This document shows, piece after piece, positions 12,001 to 25,174 of a stretch of DNA of 64,000 nucleotides. The DNA is taken from assembly GCA_964016885.1 (NCBI GenBank), contig OZ024745.1, positions 77,004,001-77,068,000 of the forward strand. Direction: 5' to 3'. The stretch comes from Eledone cirrhosa. Lineage: Eukaryota. The notes beneath the pieces were generated by a model. It was not told the origin of the DNA, searched no databases, and saw only the letters and a program-made list of their open reading frames with translations. The stretch's first letter is position 1. Each line of letters opens with the position of its first letter. A program made the position numbers and the translations under genes.

Positions 12001-15000
12001 GTAGTGGTCTCTTGGTAGTGGTCTCTTAGTAGTGGTGTATTGGTAGTGTTCTCTTAGTAGTGGTGTCTTGGTAGTGGTCTCTTGGTAGTGGTCTCTTGGT
12101 AGTGGTGTCTTGTTAGTGGTCTCTTGATAGTGGTCTCTTGGTAGTGGTCTCTTGATAGTGGTGTCTTGATAGTGGTCTCTTGATAGTGTTCTCTTGGTAG
12201 TGGTCTCTTGGTAGTGGTCTCTTGGTAGTGTTCTCTTGGTAGTGGTCTCTTGGTAGTGGTCCCTTGGTAGTGGTCGCTGGATAGTGGTCTCTTGGTTGTG
12301 TTCTCTTGGTAGTGGTCTCTTGGTAGTGGTCCTTTGGTAGTGGTCTCTTGGTAGTGGTCTCTTGGTAGTGGTTTCTTGGTAGTGGTCTCTTGGTAGTGGT
12401 CTCTTGGTAGTGGTCCCTTGGTAGTGGTCTCTTGGTAGCGGTCTGTTGGTAGTGGTTTCTTGGTAGTGCTCTCTTGGTATTGGTCTCTTGGTAGTTGTGT
12501 CTTGGTAGTGGTCTCTTGGTAGTGGTGTCATGGTAGTGGTTTCTTAGTAGAGCTGTCTTGGTAGTGTTCTCTTGGTAGTGGTCTCTTGGTAGTGATCTCT
12601 TGGAAGTGGTCTCTTGATAGTGGTCTCTTGGTAGTGGTCTCTTGGTAGTGGTATGTTGGTAGTGTTCTCTTGGTAGTGTTCTTTTGGTAGCGGTCTCTTG
12701 GTAGTGATCTCTTGGTAGTGGTATCTTGGTAGTGGTCTCTTGGTAGTATTCTCTTGGTAGTGGTATCTTGGTACTGGTCTCTTGGTAGTGGTCTCTTGGT
12801 TGTGTTCTCTTGGTATTGTTCTCTTGCTAGTGGTCTCTTGCTAATGGTATCTTGATAGTGCTCTCTTGGTAGTGGTTTCTTGGTAGTGGTATCTTGGTAG
12901 TGGTATCTTTGTAGTGGTATCTTGGTAGTGGTCTCTTGGTAGTGGTCTCTTAGTAGTGGTATCTTGGTAGTATTATCTTGGTAGTGGTATCTTTGTAGTG
13001 GTCTCTTGGTAGTGGTCTAATTGTAGTGGTCTCTTGGTAGTGGTCTCTTGGTAGTGTTCTCTTGGTAGTGGTATCTTGGTAGTGTTCTCTTGGTAGTGGT
13101 CTCTTGGTAGTAGTATCTTGGTACTGGTCTCTTGGTAGTGGTCTCTTGGTTGTGTTCTCTTGGTATTGTTCTCTTGCTAGTAGTCTTTTGGCAGTGGTCT
13201 CTTGGTAGTGGTCTCTTTGTAGTGTTCGCTTGGTAGTGTTCTCTTGGTAGTGGTCTCTTTGTAGTGGTCTCTTAGTAGTGGTCTCTTAATAGTGGTCTCT
13301 TCGTAGACGTCTATTGGTAGTTGTCTCTAGGTAGTGGTCTCTTGGTAGTGGTCTCTTGGTAGTGGTCTCTTGGTAGTGGTCTCTTGGTAGTGGTCTCTTA
13401 GTAGTGGTGTCTTGGTAGTGGTCTCTTAGTAATGGTGTCTTGGTAGTGGTCTCTTGGTAGTGGTCTCTTGGTAGTGGTCCCTTGGTAGTGGTCTCTTGGT
13501 AGTGGTTTCTTGGTAGTGGTCTATTGGTAGTGGTCTCTTGGTAGTGGTCTCTTGGTAGTGTTCTCTTGGTAGTGGTCTCTTGATAGTGTTCTCTTGGTAG
13601 TGGTCTCTTGGCAGTGTTCTGTTGGTAGTGGTCCCTTGGTAGTGGTCTCTTGGTAGTGGTATCTTGGTAGTGGTATCTTGGTAGTGGTCTCTTAGTAGTG
13701 GTCTCTTAATAGTGGTCTCTTGGTAGACGTCTATTGGTAGTGGTCTCTAGGTAGTGGTCTCTTGGTAGTGGTCTCTTGGTAGTGGTCTCTTGGTAGTGGT
13801 CTCTTGGTAGTGGTCTCTTGGTAGTGTTCTCTTAGTAGTGGTGTCTTGGTAGTGGTCTCTTAGTAGTGGTGTCTTGGTAGTGGTCTCTTGGTAGTGGTCT
13901 CTTGGTAGTGGTGTCTTGTTAGTGGTCTCTTAGTAGTGGTGTCTTGATAGTGGTCTCTTAGTAGTGGTGTCTTGGTAGTGGTCTCTTGGTAGTGGTCTCT
14001 TGGTAGTGGTCTCTTGGTAGTGGTCTCTTGGTAGTGGTGTCTTGGTAGTGGTCTCTTGGTAGTGGTCTCTTGGTAGTGGTGTCTTGTTAGTGGTCTCTTA
14101 GTCGTGGTCTCTTAGTAGTGGTGTCTTGGTAGTGGTCTCTTGGTAGTGGTCTCTTGGTAGTGGTCTCTTGGTAGTGGTCTCTTGGTAGTGTTCTCTTGGT
14201 AGTGGTCTCTTGGTAGTGGTCTCTTGGTAGTGGTCTCTTGGTAGTGGTCTCTTAGTAGTGGTGTCTTGGTAGTGGTCTCTTAGTAGTGGTGTCTTGGTAG
14301 TGGTCTCCTGGTAGTGGTCTCTTGGTAGTGGTGTCTTGTTAGTGGTCTCTTGGTAGTGGTCTCTTGGTAGTGGTCTCTTGATAGTAGTGTTTTGATAGTG
14401 GTCTCTTGATAGTGTTCTCGTGGTAGTGGTCTCTTGGTAGTGGTCTCTTGGTAGTGTTCTCTTGGTAGTGGCCTCTTGGTAGTGGTCCCTTGGTAGTGTT
14501 CTCTTGGTAGTGTTCTCTTGGTAGTGTTCTCTTGCTAGTGGTCTCTTGGTAGTGTTCTCTTGGCAGTCTTCTCTTGGTAGTGTTCTCTTGGTAGTGGACT
14601 GTTGGTATTGGTCTCGTGGTAGTGGTCTCTTGGTAGTGGTGTCTTGGTAGTGTTCTCTTGGTAGTGGTCTATTGGTAGTGTTCTCTTGGTAGTGTTCTCT
14701 TGGTAGTGGTCTCTTGGTAGTGTTCTCTTGGTAGTGGTCTCGTGGTAGTGGTCTCTTGGTAGTGGTCTCTTTGTAGTGGTCTATTGGTAGTGGCCTATTG
14801 GTCGTGTTCTCTTGGTAGTGGTATCTTGATAGTGTTCTCTTGGTAGTGTTCTCTTGGTAGTGGTCTCTTGGTAGTGGTCTCTTGGTAGTGGTCTCTTGCT
14901 AGTGGTCTCTTTGTCGTGTTCTCTTGGTAGTGGTCTCTTGGTAGTGGTCTCTTGGTAGTGTTCTCTTGGTAGTGTTCTCTTGGTAGTGGTATATTGATAG

Positions 15001-18000
15001 TGGTCTCTTGGTAGTGTTCTCTTGGTAGTGGTCTATTGGTAGTGGTCTCTTGGTAGTGGTCTCTTGCTAGTGGTCTCTTGGTAGTGGTCTATTGGTAGTG
15101 GTCTCTTGGTAGTGGTCTCTTGGTAGTGGTCTCTTGGTAGTGGTGTTTTGGTAGTGGTCTCTTGGTAGTGGTGTCTTGGTAGTGGTCTCTTGGTAGTGGT
15201 CTATTGGTAGTGGTGTCTTGGTAGTGGTCTCTTGGTAGTGGTCTCTTGGTAGTGGTGTCTTGGTAGTGGTCTCTTGGTAGTGGTGTCATGGTAGTGGTTT
15301 CTTAGTAGAGCTGTCTTGGTAGTGTTCTCTTGGTAGTGTTCTCTTGGTAGTGGTCTCTTGGTAGTGGTCTCTCGGTAGTGGTCTCTTGGTAGTGGTCTCT
15401 TGGTAATGGTATCTTGATAGTGGTCTCTTGGTAGTGTTCTCTTGGTAGTGGTCTATTGGTAGTGGTGTCTTGGTAATGGTCTCTTGGTTGTGGTGTCTTG
15501 GTAGTGTTCTCTGGGTAGTAGTCTCTTGATAGTGGTCTCTTGGTAGTGTTCTCTTGGTAGCGGTCTCTTGGTAGTGATCTCTTGGTAGTGGTCTCTTGGT
15601 AGTGGTCTCTTGGTAGTATTCTCTTAGTAGTGGTATCTTGGTACTGGTCTCTTGATAGTGGTCTCTTGGTTGTGTTCTCTTGGTATTGTTCTCTTGCTAG
15701 TGGTCTCTTGGTAATGGTATCTTGATAGTGCTCTCTTGGTAGTGGTCTCTTGGTAGTGGTATCTTGGTAGTGGTATCTTTGTAGTGGTATCCTGGTAGTG
15801 GTCTCTTGGTAGTGGTATCTTGGTAGTATTATCTTGGTAGTGGTCCCTTGGTAGTTGTCTTTTGGTAGTGGTCTCTTGGTAGTGGTCTCTTGGTAGTGTT
15901 CTCTTGGTAGTGGTCTCTTTGTAGTGGTCTCTTCGTACTGGTCTCTTGGTATTGTTTTCTTGGTAGTGGTCTATTTGTAGTGGTCTCTTGGTACTGGTCT
16001 CTTGGTATTGTTCTCTTGGTAGTGGTCTAGTTGTAGTGGTCTCTTGGTAGTGTTCTCTTGGTAGTGTTCTCTTGGTAGTGGTCACTTGGTAGTGTTCTCT
16101 TGGTAGTGGTATCTTGGTAGTGTTCTCTTGGTAGTGGTCTCTTGGTAGTGGTATCTTGGTAGTGGTCTCTTGATAGTGGTCTATTGGTAGTGGTCTCTTG
16201 GTAGTGGTCTCTTGATAGTGGTCCCTTGGTAGTGGTCTCTCGGTAGTAGTTTCTTGTTAGTGGTCTATTGGTAGTGGTCTCTTGCTAGTGGTCTCTTGGT
16301 AGTGTTCTCTTGGTAGTGGTCTCTTGGTAGTGTTCTCTTGGTAGTGGTCTCTTGGTAGTGTTCTGTTGGTAGTGGTCCCTTGGTAGTGGTCTCTTGATAG
16401 TGGTGTCTTGATAGTGGTCTCTTGATAGTGTTCTCTTGGTAGTGGTCTCTTGGTAGTGGTCTCTTGGTAGTGTTCTCTTGGTAGTGGTCTCTTGGTAGTG
16501 GTCCCTTGGTAGTGGTCGCTGGATAGTGGTCTCTTGGTTGTGTTCTCTTGGTAGTGGTCTCTTGGTAGTGGTCCTGTGGTAGTGGTCTCTTGGTAGTGGT
16601 CTCTTGGTAGTGTTCTCTTGGTAGTGGTCTCTTGGTAGTGGTCTCTTGGTAGTGTTCTCTTGGTAGTGGTCTCTTGGTAGTGGTCCCTTGGTAGTGGTCA
16701 CAGGATAGTGGTCTCTTGGTTGTGTTCTCTTGGTAGTGGTCTCTTGGTAGTGGTCCTGTGGTAGTGGTCTCTTGGTAGTGGTCTCTTGGTAGTAGTTTCT
16801 TGGTAGTGGTCTCTTGGTAGTGGTCTCTTGGTAGTGGTCTCTTGGTAGTGGTCTCTTGGTACTGTTCTCTTGGTAGTGGTATGTTGGTAGTGGTCTCTTA
16901 GAAGTGGTGTCTTGGTAGTGGTCTCTCGGTAGTGGTTTCTTGTTAGTGGTCTATTGGTAGTGGTCTCTTGCTAGTGGTCTCTTGGTAGTGTTCTCTTGGT
17001 AGTGATCTCTTGGTAGTGGTGTGTTGGTAGTTGTCTCTTGGTAGTGTTCTCTTGGTAGTGGTCTATTGGTAGTGTTCTCTTGGTAGTGGTCTCTTGGTAG
17101 TGGTCTCTTGGTAGTGGTCTCTTGGTAGTGATCTCTTGGTAGTGGTCTCTTAGTAGTGTTCCCTTGGTAGTGGTCCCTGGATAGTGGTCTATTGGTAGTG
17201 GTGTCTTGGTAGTGTTCTCTTGGTAGTTTTCTCTTGGTAGTGGTCTCTTGGTAGTGGTCTCTTGGTAGTGGTCTCTTGGTAGTGGTCTCTTGGTAGTAGT
17301 CTCTTGGTAGTGGTCTCTTGGTAGTGGTCTATTGGTAGTGGTCTCTTGGTAGTGGTCTCTTGGTAGTTGTCTCTTGGTAGTGGTCTATTGGTAGTGGTCT
17401 CTTGGTAGTGGTCTCTTGGTAGCTGTCTCTTGGTAGTCTTCACTTGGTAGTCTTCTCTTGGTAGTGTTCTCTTGGTAGTGTTCTCTTGGTAGTGGTCTCT
17501 TGGTAGTGGTCTCTTGGTAGTCTTCACTTGGTAGTCTTCTCTTGGTAGTGTTCTCTTGGTAGTGTTCTCTTGGTAGTGGTCTCTTGGTAGTGGTCTCTGG
17601 GTAGTGGTCGCTTGGTAGTGGTCTCTTGGTAGTAGTCTCTTTGTAGTGGTCTCTTGGTAGTGGTCCCTTGGTAGTTGTCTTTTGATAGTGGTCCCTTGGT
17701 AGTGGTCCCTTGGTAGTGGTCTCTTGGTATTGGTCTCTTGGTAGTGGTCTCTTGTTAGTCGTGTCTTGATAGTGTTCTCTTGGTAGTGGTGTCTTGGTAG
17801 TGGTCTCTTGGTAGTGGTCTCTTGGTAGTGGTCACTTGGTAGTGGTCACTTGATAGTCGTCTCTTTGTAGTGGTGTCTTGGTAGTGGTCTCTTGGTAGTG
17901 GTCTCTTGGTAGTGGTCACTTGGTAGTGGTCACTTGATAGTCGTCTCTTTGTAGTGGTGTCTTGGTAGTGTTCTCTTGGTAGTGGTCTATTGGTAGTGTT

Positions 18001-21000
18001 CTCTTGGTAGTGTTCTCTTGGTAGTGTTCTCTTGGTAGTGGTCTCTTGGTAGTGGTCTCTTGGTAGTGTTCTCTTGGTTGTGGTCTCTTGGTAATGGTCT
18101 CTTTGGTAGTGGTCTCTTGCTAGTGGTCTCTTTGTCGTGTTCTCTTGGTAGTGGTCTCTTGGTAGTGGTCTCTTGGTAGTGTTCTCTTGGTAGTGTTCTC
18201 TTGGTAGTGGTATATTGATAGTGGTCTCTTGGTAGTGTTCTCTTGGTAGTGGTCTATTGGTAGTGGTCTCTTGGTAGTGGTCTCTTGCTAGTGGTCTCTT
18301 GGTAGTGGTCTATTGGTAGTGGTCTCTTGGTAGTGGTCTCTTGGTAGTGGTCTCTTGGTAGTGGTGTTTTGGTAGTGGTCTCTTGGTAGTGGTGTCTTGG
18401 TAGTGGTCTCTTGGTAGTGGTCTATTGGTAGTGGTGTCTTGGTAGTGGTCTCTTGGTAGTGGTCTCTTGGTAGTGGTGTCTTGGTAGTGGTCTCTTGGTA
18501 GTGGTGTCATGGTAGTGGTTTCTTAGTAGAGCTGTCTTGGTAGTGTTCTCTTGGTAGTGTTCTCTTGGTAGTGGTCTCTTGGTAGTGGTCTCTCGGTAGT
18601 GGTCTCTTGGTAGTGGTCTCTTGGTAATGGTATCTTGATAGTGGTCTCTTGGTAGTGTTCTCTTGGTAGTGGTCTATTGGTAGTGGTGTCTTGGTAATGG
18701 TCTCTTGGTTGTGGTGTCTTGGTAGTGTTCTCTGGGTAGTAGTCTCTTGATAGTGGTCTCTTGGTAGTGTTCTCTTGGTAGCGGTCTCTTGGTAGTGATC
18801 TCTTGGTAGTGGTCTCTTGGTAGTGGTCTCTTGGTAGTATTCTCTTAGTAGTGGTATCTTGGTACTGGTCTCTTGATAGTGGTCTCTTGGTTGTGTTCTC
18901 TTGGTATTGTTCTCTTGCTAGTGGTCTCTTGGTAATGGTATCTTGATAGTGCTCTCTTGGTAGTGGTCTCTTGGTAGTGGTATCTTGGTAGTGGTATCTT
19001 TGTAGTGGTATCTTGGTAGTGGTCTCTTGGTAGTGGTATCTTGGTAGTATTATCTTGGTAGTGGTCCCTTGGTAGTTGTCTTTTGGTAGTGGTCTCTTGG
19101 TAGTGGTCTCTTGGTAGTGTTCTCTTGGTAGTGGTCTCTTTGTAGTGGTCTCTTCGTACTGGTCTCTTGGTATTGTTTTCTTGGTAGTGGTCTATTTGTA
19201 GTGGTCTCTTGGTACTGGTCTCTTGGTATTGTTCTCTTGGTAGTGGTCTAGTTGTAGTGGTCTCTTGGTAGTGTTCTCTTGGTAATGTTCTCTTGGTAGT
19301 GGTCACTTGGTAGTGTTCTCTTGGTAGTGGTATCTTGGTAGTGTTCTCTTGGTAGTGGTCTCTTGGTAGTGGTATCTTGGTAGTGGTCTCTTGATAGTGG
19401 TCTATTGGTAGTGGTCTCTTGGTAGTGGTCTCTTGATAGTGGTCCCTTGGTAGTGGTCTCTCGGTAGTGGTTTCTTGTTAGTGGTCTATTGGTAGTGGTC
19501 TCTTGCTAGTGGTCTCTTGGTAGTGTTCTCTTGGTAGTGGTCTCTTGGTAGTGTTCTCTTGGTAGTGGTCTCTTGGTAGTGTTCTGTTGGTAGTGGTCCC
19601 TTGGTAGTGGTCTCTTGATAGTGGTGTCTTGATAGTGGTCTCTTGATAGTGTTCTCTTGGTAGTGGTCTCTTGGTAGTGGTCTCTTGGTAGTGTTCTCTT
19701 GGTAGTGGTCTCTTGGTAGTGGTCCCTTGGTAGTGGTCGCTGGATAGTGGTCTCTTGGTTGTGTTCTCTTGGTAGTGGTCTCTTGGTAGTGGTCCTGTGG
19801 TAGTGGTCTCTTGGTAGTGGTCTCTTGGTAGTGTTCTCTTGGTAGTGGTCTCTTGGTAGTGGTCTCTTGGTAGTGTTCTCTTGGTAGTGGTCTCTTGGTA
19901 GTGGTCCCTTGGTAGTGGTCACAGGATAGTGGTCTCTTGGTTGTGTTCTCTTGGTAGTGGTCTCTTGGTAGTGGTCCTGTGGTAGTGGTCTCTTGGTAGT
20001 GGTCTCTTGGTAGTAGTTTCTTGGTAGTGGTCTCTTGGTAGTGGTCTCTTGGTAGTGGTCTCTTGGTAGTGGTCTCTTGGTACTGTTCTCTTGGTAGTGG
20101 TATGTTGGTAGTGGTCTCTTAGAAGTGGTGTCTTGGTAGTGGTCTCTCGGTAGTGGTTTCTTGTTAGTGGTCTATTGGTAGTGGTCTCTTGCTAGTGGTC
20201 TCTTGGTAGTGTTCTCTTGGTAGTGATCTCTTGGTAGTGGTGTGTTGGTAGTTGTCTCTTGGTAGTGTTCTCTTGGTAGTGGTCTATTGGTAGTGTTCTC
20301 TTGGTAGTGGTCTCTTGGTAGTGGTCTCTTGGTAGTGGTCTCTTGGTAGTGATCTCTTGGTAGTGGTCTCTTAGTAGTGTTCCCTTGGTAGTGGTCCCTG
20401 GATAGTGGTCTATTGGTAGTGGTGTCTTGGTAGTGTTCTCTTGGTAGTTTTCTCTTGGTAGTGGTCTCTTGGTAGTGGTCTCTTGGTAGTGGTCTCTTGG
20501 TAGTGGTCTCTTGGTAGTAGTCTCTTGGTAGTGGTCTCTTGGTAGTGGTCTATTGGTAGTGGTCTCTTGGTAGTGGTCTCTTGGTAGTTGTCTCTTGGTA
20601 GTGGTCTATTGGTAGTGGTCTCTTGGTAGTGGTCTCTTGGTAGCTGTCTCTTGGTAGTCTTCACTTGGTAGTCTTCTCTTGGTAGTGTTCTCTTGGTAGT
20701 GTTCTCTTGGTAGTGGTCTCTTGGTAGTGGTCTCTTGGTAGTCTTCACTTGGTAGTCTTCTCTTGGTAGTGTTCTCTTGGTAGTGTTCTCTTGGTAGTGG
20801 TCTCTTGGTAGTGGTCTCTGGGTAGTGGTCGCTTGGTAGTGGTCTCTTGGTAGTAGTCTCTTTGTAGTGGTCTCTTGGTAGTGGTCCCTTGGTAGTTGTC
20901 TTTTGATAGTGGTCCCTTGGTAGTGGTCCCTTGGTAGTGGTCTCTTGGTATTGGTCTCTTGGTAGTGGTCTCTTGTTAGTCGTGTCTTGATAGTGTTCTC

Positions 21001-22270
21001 TTGGTAGTGGTGTCTTGGTAGTGGTCTCTTGGTAGTGGTCTCTTGGTAGTGGTCACTTGGTAGTGGTCACTTGATAGTCGTCTCTTTGTAGTGGTGTCTT
21101 GGTAGTGGTCTCTTGGTAGTGGTCTCTTGGTAGTGGTCACTTGGTAGTGGTCACTTGATAGTCGTCTCTTTGTAGTGGTGTCTTGGTAGTGTTCTCTTGG
21201 TAGTGGTCTATTGGTAGTGTTCTCTTGGTAGTGTTCTCTTGGTAGTGTTCTCTTGGTAGTGGTCTCTTGGTAGTGGTCTCTTGGTAGTGTTCTCTTGGTT
21301 GTGGTCTCTTGGTAATGGTCTCTTTGGTAGTGGTCTCTTGCTAGTGGTCTCTTTGTCGTGTTCTTTTGGTAGTGGTCTCTTGGTAGTGGTCTCTTGGTAG
21401 TGGTCTCTTGGTAGTGTTCTCTTGGTAGTGGTATCTTGATAGTGGTCTCTGGTAGTGTTCTCTTGGTAGTGGTCTATTGGTAGTGGTCTCTTGTTAGTGG
21501 TCTCTTGCTAGTGGTATCTTGGTAATGGTCTCTTGGTTGTGATGTCTTGGTAGTGTTCTCTGGGTAGTGTTATCTTGGTAGTGGTCTCTTGGTAGTAGTC
21601 TCTTTATAGTGGTCTCTTGGTAGTGTTCTCTTGGTAGTGGCGTCTTGGTAGTGGTCTCTTGGTAGCGGTCTCTTGGTAGTGGTGTCTTGGTAGTGGTCTC
21701 TTGGTAGTTGTGTCATGGTAGTGGTCTCTTGGTAGAGCTGTCTTGGTAGTGTTCTCTTGGTAGTGGTCTCTTGGTAGTGGTCTCTCGGTAGTGGTCTCTT
21801 GGTAGTGGTCTCTTGGTAGTGGTCTCTTGGTAGTGTTCTCTTGGTAGTGGTCTCTTGGTAGTGGTCTCTTGGTAGTGGTATCTTGGTAGTGTTCTCTTGG
21901 TAGTGTTCTCTTGGTAGCGGTCTCTTGGTAGTGGTCTCTTGGTTGTATTCTCTTGGTAGTGCTATCTTGCTAGTGGTCTCTTGGTAATGGTATCTTGATA
22001 GTGCTCTCTTGGTAGTGGTCTCTTGGTAGTGGTATCTTGGTAGTGGTATCTTTGTAGTGGTATCTTGGTAGTGGTCTCTTGGTAGTGGTCTCTTGGTAGT
22101 GGTCTCTTGGTCGTGTTCTCTTGGTAGTGGTCTCTTTGTAGTGGTCTCTTGATACTGGTCTCTTGGTATTGTTCTCTTGGTAGTGGTCTCTTGGTTGTGG
22201 TCTCTTGGTAGTGGTCTCTTGGTATTGGTCTCTTGGTAGTGGTCTCTTGGTAGTGGTCTCTTGGTAGTGG
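1..22270. repeat. 14-bp tandem satellite, consensus (GGTAGTGGTCTCTT)n, roughly 1600 copies, running off the left edge of the window
   Basis: The unit is read directly throughout, with frequent single-base variants (GTTCTC, GGTATC, GGTCCC, GGTGTC) and rare indels. The array ends abruptly at about 22270 (ttggtagtgg ttttagtcat). Confidence 0.98.
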
Positions 22271-22404
22271 TTTTAGTCATAGTGCAGGTGTTACGTAGAG
22301 TCAGTGGTAGTAATTATGTGCCAGCAGGTCGTGGCGGGGAAGGATTGGCGACAGCCTTATTTGGTAATGGTAATTTTAATGGAACTGGTATGAATGTCGA
22401 TGTT

Positions 22405-22480
22405 GTTGTTGTTTAGCCCCAGGTCAGTCCTCACTAAGCAGACCTATGATCGGAAGTACTCATAGTATGACCACTTTCTC
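22405..22480. mobile_element. Fragment of a short dispersed repeat family (SINE/LINE-end-like); related copies at about 23115-23190 and 50340-50405
   Basis: Shared sequence gtttagccccaggtcagtcc...agcagacctatgatc versus ggccccaagtcagctctgat...ggtattccagccgtgaccatc versus gtcagccctggtcgagcagacgatc...cattccagccatgacgatc. Confidence 0.5.
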
Positions 22481-22579
22481 ATTCTACGACTATATAATCA
22501 AATGTGACTTTTTTTTTTTTTAAGTAGGTGTTTTAAAGGTGTTATGGATATTTGTTGGTTATTTTAAACAGGTCAAGCA

Positions 22580-23065
22580 ACGGTGGTTGTGGTGGTGATG
22601 ATGATGATGGTGGTGGTGGGGGTGATGGTGGTGGTGGTGGTGGTGGTGGTGGTGGTGGTGGTGGTGGTGGTGGTGGTGGTGGTGGTGGTGGTGGCGCTCG
22701 TGGTGGCGCCGGTTGCGCTGGTGGTGGTTGTGGTTGTGGTAGTGGCGGTGGTGGTGATGGTGGTGGTGGTGGTGGTGGTGGTGGTGGTGGTGATTGTGGT
22801 TGTGGTGGTGGCGGTGGTGGTGATGGTGGTGGTGGTGGTGGCGGCGGCGGTGGTGATGATCGTGGTGGTGGTGGCGGCGGCGGCGGCGATGGTGGTGATG
22901 ATGGTGGTGGTGATGATGGTGGTGGTGGTGGTGGTGGCGATGGTGGTGGTGGTGGTGGTGGTGGTGGTGGTGATGGTGGTGGTGGAGGGGGCGGCGGCGA
23001 TGGTGGTGATGATGGTGGTGGTGGCGGTGGTGGTGGTGGTGGTGGTGGTTCTGGTGGTTGTGGTA
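22580..23065. repeat. (GGT)n/(GGC)n/(GAT)n compound microsatellite
   Basis: Read directly; it produces the poly-G, poly-H and poly-V ORFs in the track. Confidence 0.95.
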
Positions 23066-23504
23066 ATATGATGATGTTAATAGAGTGTTAGTAGTGGTGA
23101 TGTCGTTAATGTTCTGGTTTGGCCCCAAGTCAGCTCTGATTGATCAAGCTAGACTGTGACCAGAGGTATTCCAGCCGTGACCATCATACCGTTCTCACCT
23201 ATACGCGGAGAACCTAGGACCAAATTATCCAAAATGTCTTTATTTAAGATGGCAGGGAAACTGGACCACGTAAAGGCCCTGTTATTGGTTCGAGTTGTCA
23301 TGGTTCATTTTCCGTAGTGTTGGTGGTTGTTGTAGTGGTGGCGATGGTCGCCATCATCGTCGTAAAGGTAGTAGTAATCAGAATAATAGTGGAGGTGGTG
23401 GTAGTAATAGTAGTAACTCCGATGATATTGATGGCCATAATAGTAGTGGTATTTCTGGTAGATTTGGTATCATGATAATAATAATAACAATAACAACAAT
23501 AATC

Positions 23505-23699
23505 ATTACTACTACTACTACTACTAATACTACTACTATTACTACTATTACTACTAGTAGTAGTAGTAATAGTAGTAGTAGTAGTAGTAGTAGTAGTAGC
23601 AGCAGCCGCAGCAGTAGTAGTAGTAGCAGCAGCAGCAGTAGTAGTAGTAGTAGCAGCAGCAGCAGCAGTAGCCGCAGCAGTAGTAGTAGTAGCAGTAGT

Positions 23700-23731
<32 letters not shown>

Positions 23732-23767
23732 TAGTAGCAGTAGTAGCAGCAGCAGCAGCAGCAGTAA

Positions 23768-23818
<51 letters not shown>

Positions 23819-23864
23819 CAGCAGCAGCAGCAGTAGCCGCAGCAGTAGTAGTAGTAGCAGTAGT

Positions 23865-23896
<32 letters not shown>

Positions 23897-23947
23897 TAGT
23901 AGCAGTAGTAGCAGCAGCAGCAGCAGCAGTAATAGTAGTAGTAGTAA

Positions 23948-23984
<37 letters not shown>

Positions 23985-23995
23985 CACAGTAGCAG
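23505..23995. repeat. (ACT)n followed by an (AGT)n/(AGC)n compound microsatellite
   Basis: Read directly; an internal block is duplicated about 165 bp apart (23652 and 23817). Confidence 0.95.
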
Positions 23996-24489
23996 CAACA
24001 GACATAGAAGCTACTGTTGATATGTGAGATATCAACAGCAGACACACAAATACGCCCATACAGGCATATATATAACATAAGCATAGTAACACAGGCACAC
24101 GACCCCCCCCCCCCCCTACACAGACACACACACACACACGCACACCACCACCACCACCACCACCACCACCACCACTACCTCCATGACCACATACATACAC
24201 CAATTCATATACATATGAGAACAGCAATATCATACTCATAAATACACACACACACACCCACACATACAAACAAACACACACTCACACAAACACATATATA
24301 CTTCCCCAAACCTACACATACACACGCTCTGCACACGAACAACCACTAATTTGTAATGACTTGCATGACATTAAAAGGAGGTACAGCATTTTAATGTGAC
24401 AGTCATCAAAAGGTATATAGACGTTCCACTGGTTGCATTATGTATAACGCTGCACCTTTTTGTACATACGTGTATTATACGCGTGCGTG

Positions 24490-24546
<57 letters not shown>

Positions 24547-24654
24547 GTGTGTGTGTGTGTGGGTGTATATATACATAGATAGACAAAGAGATTGGTAGAT
24601 AGATAGCTATCTAGCTAGCTAGCTAGCTAGATAGCTAGATAGATAGATAGATAG

Positions 24655-24791
24655 ATTTCTTTATTAGCCACAAGGGCGCAACAAGAAAGGGGACAATACA
24701 AAGACATGCCGGGGATTTTACATACAGTCGTGTAAAAAATATAAAAACAAACAATTTCAACAATCGAAATCCCCAATAGGGGGGAGGCGCC

Positions 24792-24792
<1 letters not shown>
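24655..24792 (-). mobile_element. 3' end of a Tx1/L1-type LINE inserted in (GATA)n; nearly identical to 32362-32497
   Basis: The minus strand ends ...gcccttgtggctAATAAAgaaat followed by (CTAT)n, and both flanks are GATA repeats. Confidence 0.65.
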
Positions 24793-24842
<50 letters not shown>

Positions 24843-24911
24843 AACATATAGATAGATAATTAAATAATTAGATAATTATATATATATATATATATAATAT
24901 CTATCTATCTA

Positions 24912-24972
<61 letters not shown>

Positions 24973-25034
24973 ATGTATATAGAGAGAGTAATAGATAAAT
25001 AAATAGATAGCTAGATATATAGATAAATAGATAT

Positions 25035-25115
25035 ATTTCTTTATTAGCCACAGGGGCACAAAAGAAGGGGACAAATACAAAGGGGGAAGTTTACATACAA
25101 TAAAAACGTGTAAAA
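25035..25115 (-). mobile_element. Short 3' end of the same GATA-associated LINE family
   Basis: The sequence tttctttattagccacaggggcacaaaagaaggggaca matches 31878-31915; AATAAA lies on the minus strand next to a GATA tract. Confidence 0.6.
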
Positions 25116-25130
25116 TATATATATAGATAA

Positions 25131-25174
<44 letters not shown>

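Noticed and set aside
1-22270. Telomeric repeat array
   Set aside because: The unit is not TTAGGG-like, is degenerate and has higher-order structure typical of satellite DNA.
624-22280. Many minus-strand ORFs with the repeat RPLPRDHYQETTTK, resembling a mucin or adhesin
   Set aside because: Three 14-bp monomers give a 14-aa period in every frame. The ORFs overlap in all frames and are broken by random variants, so they are satellite translation artefacts.
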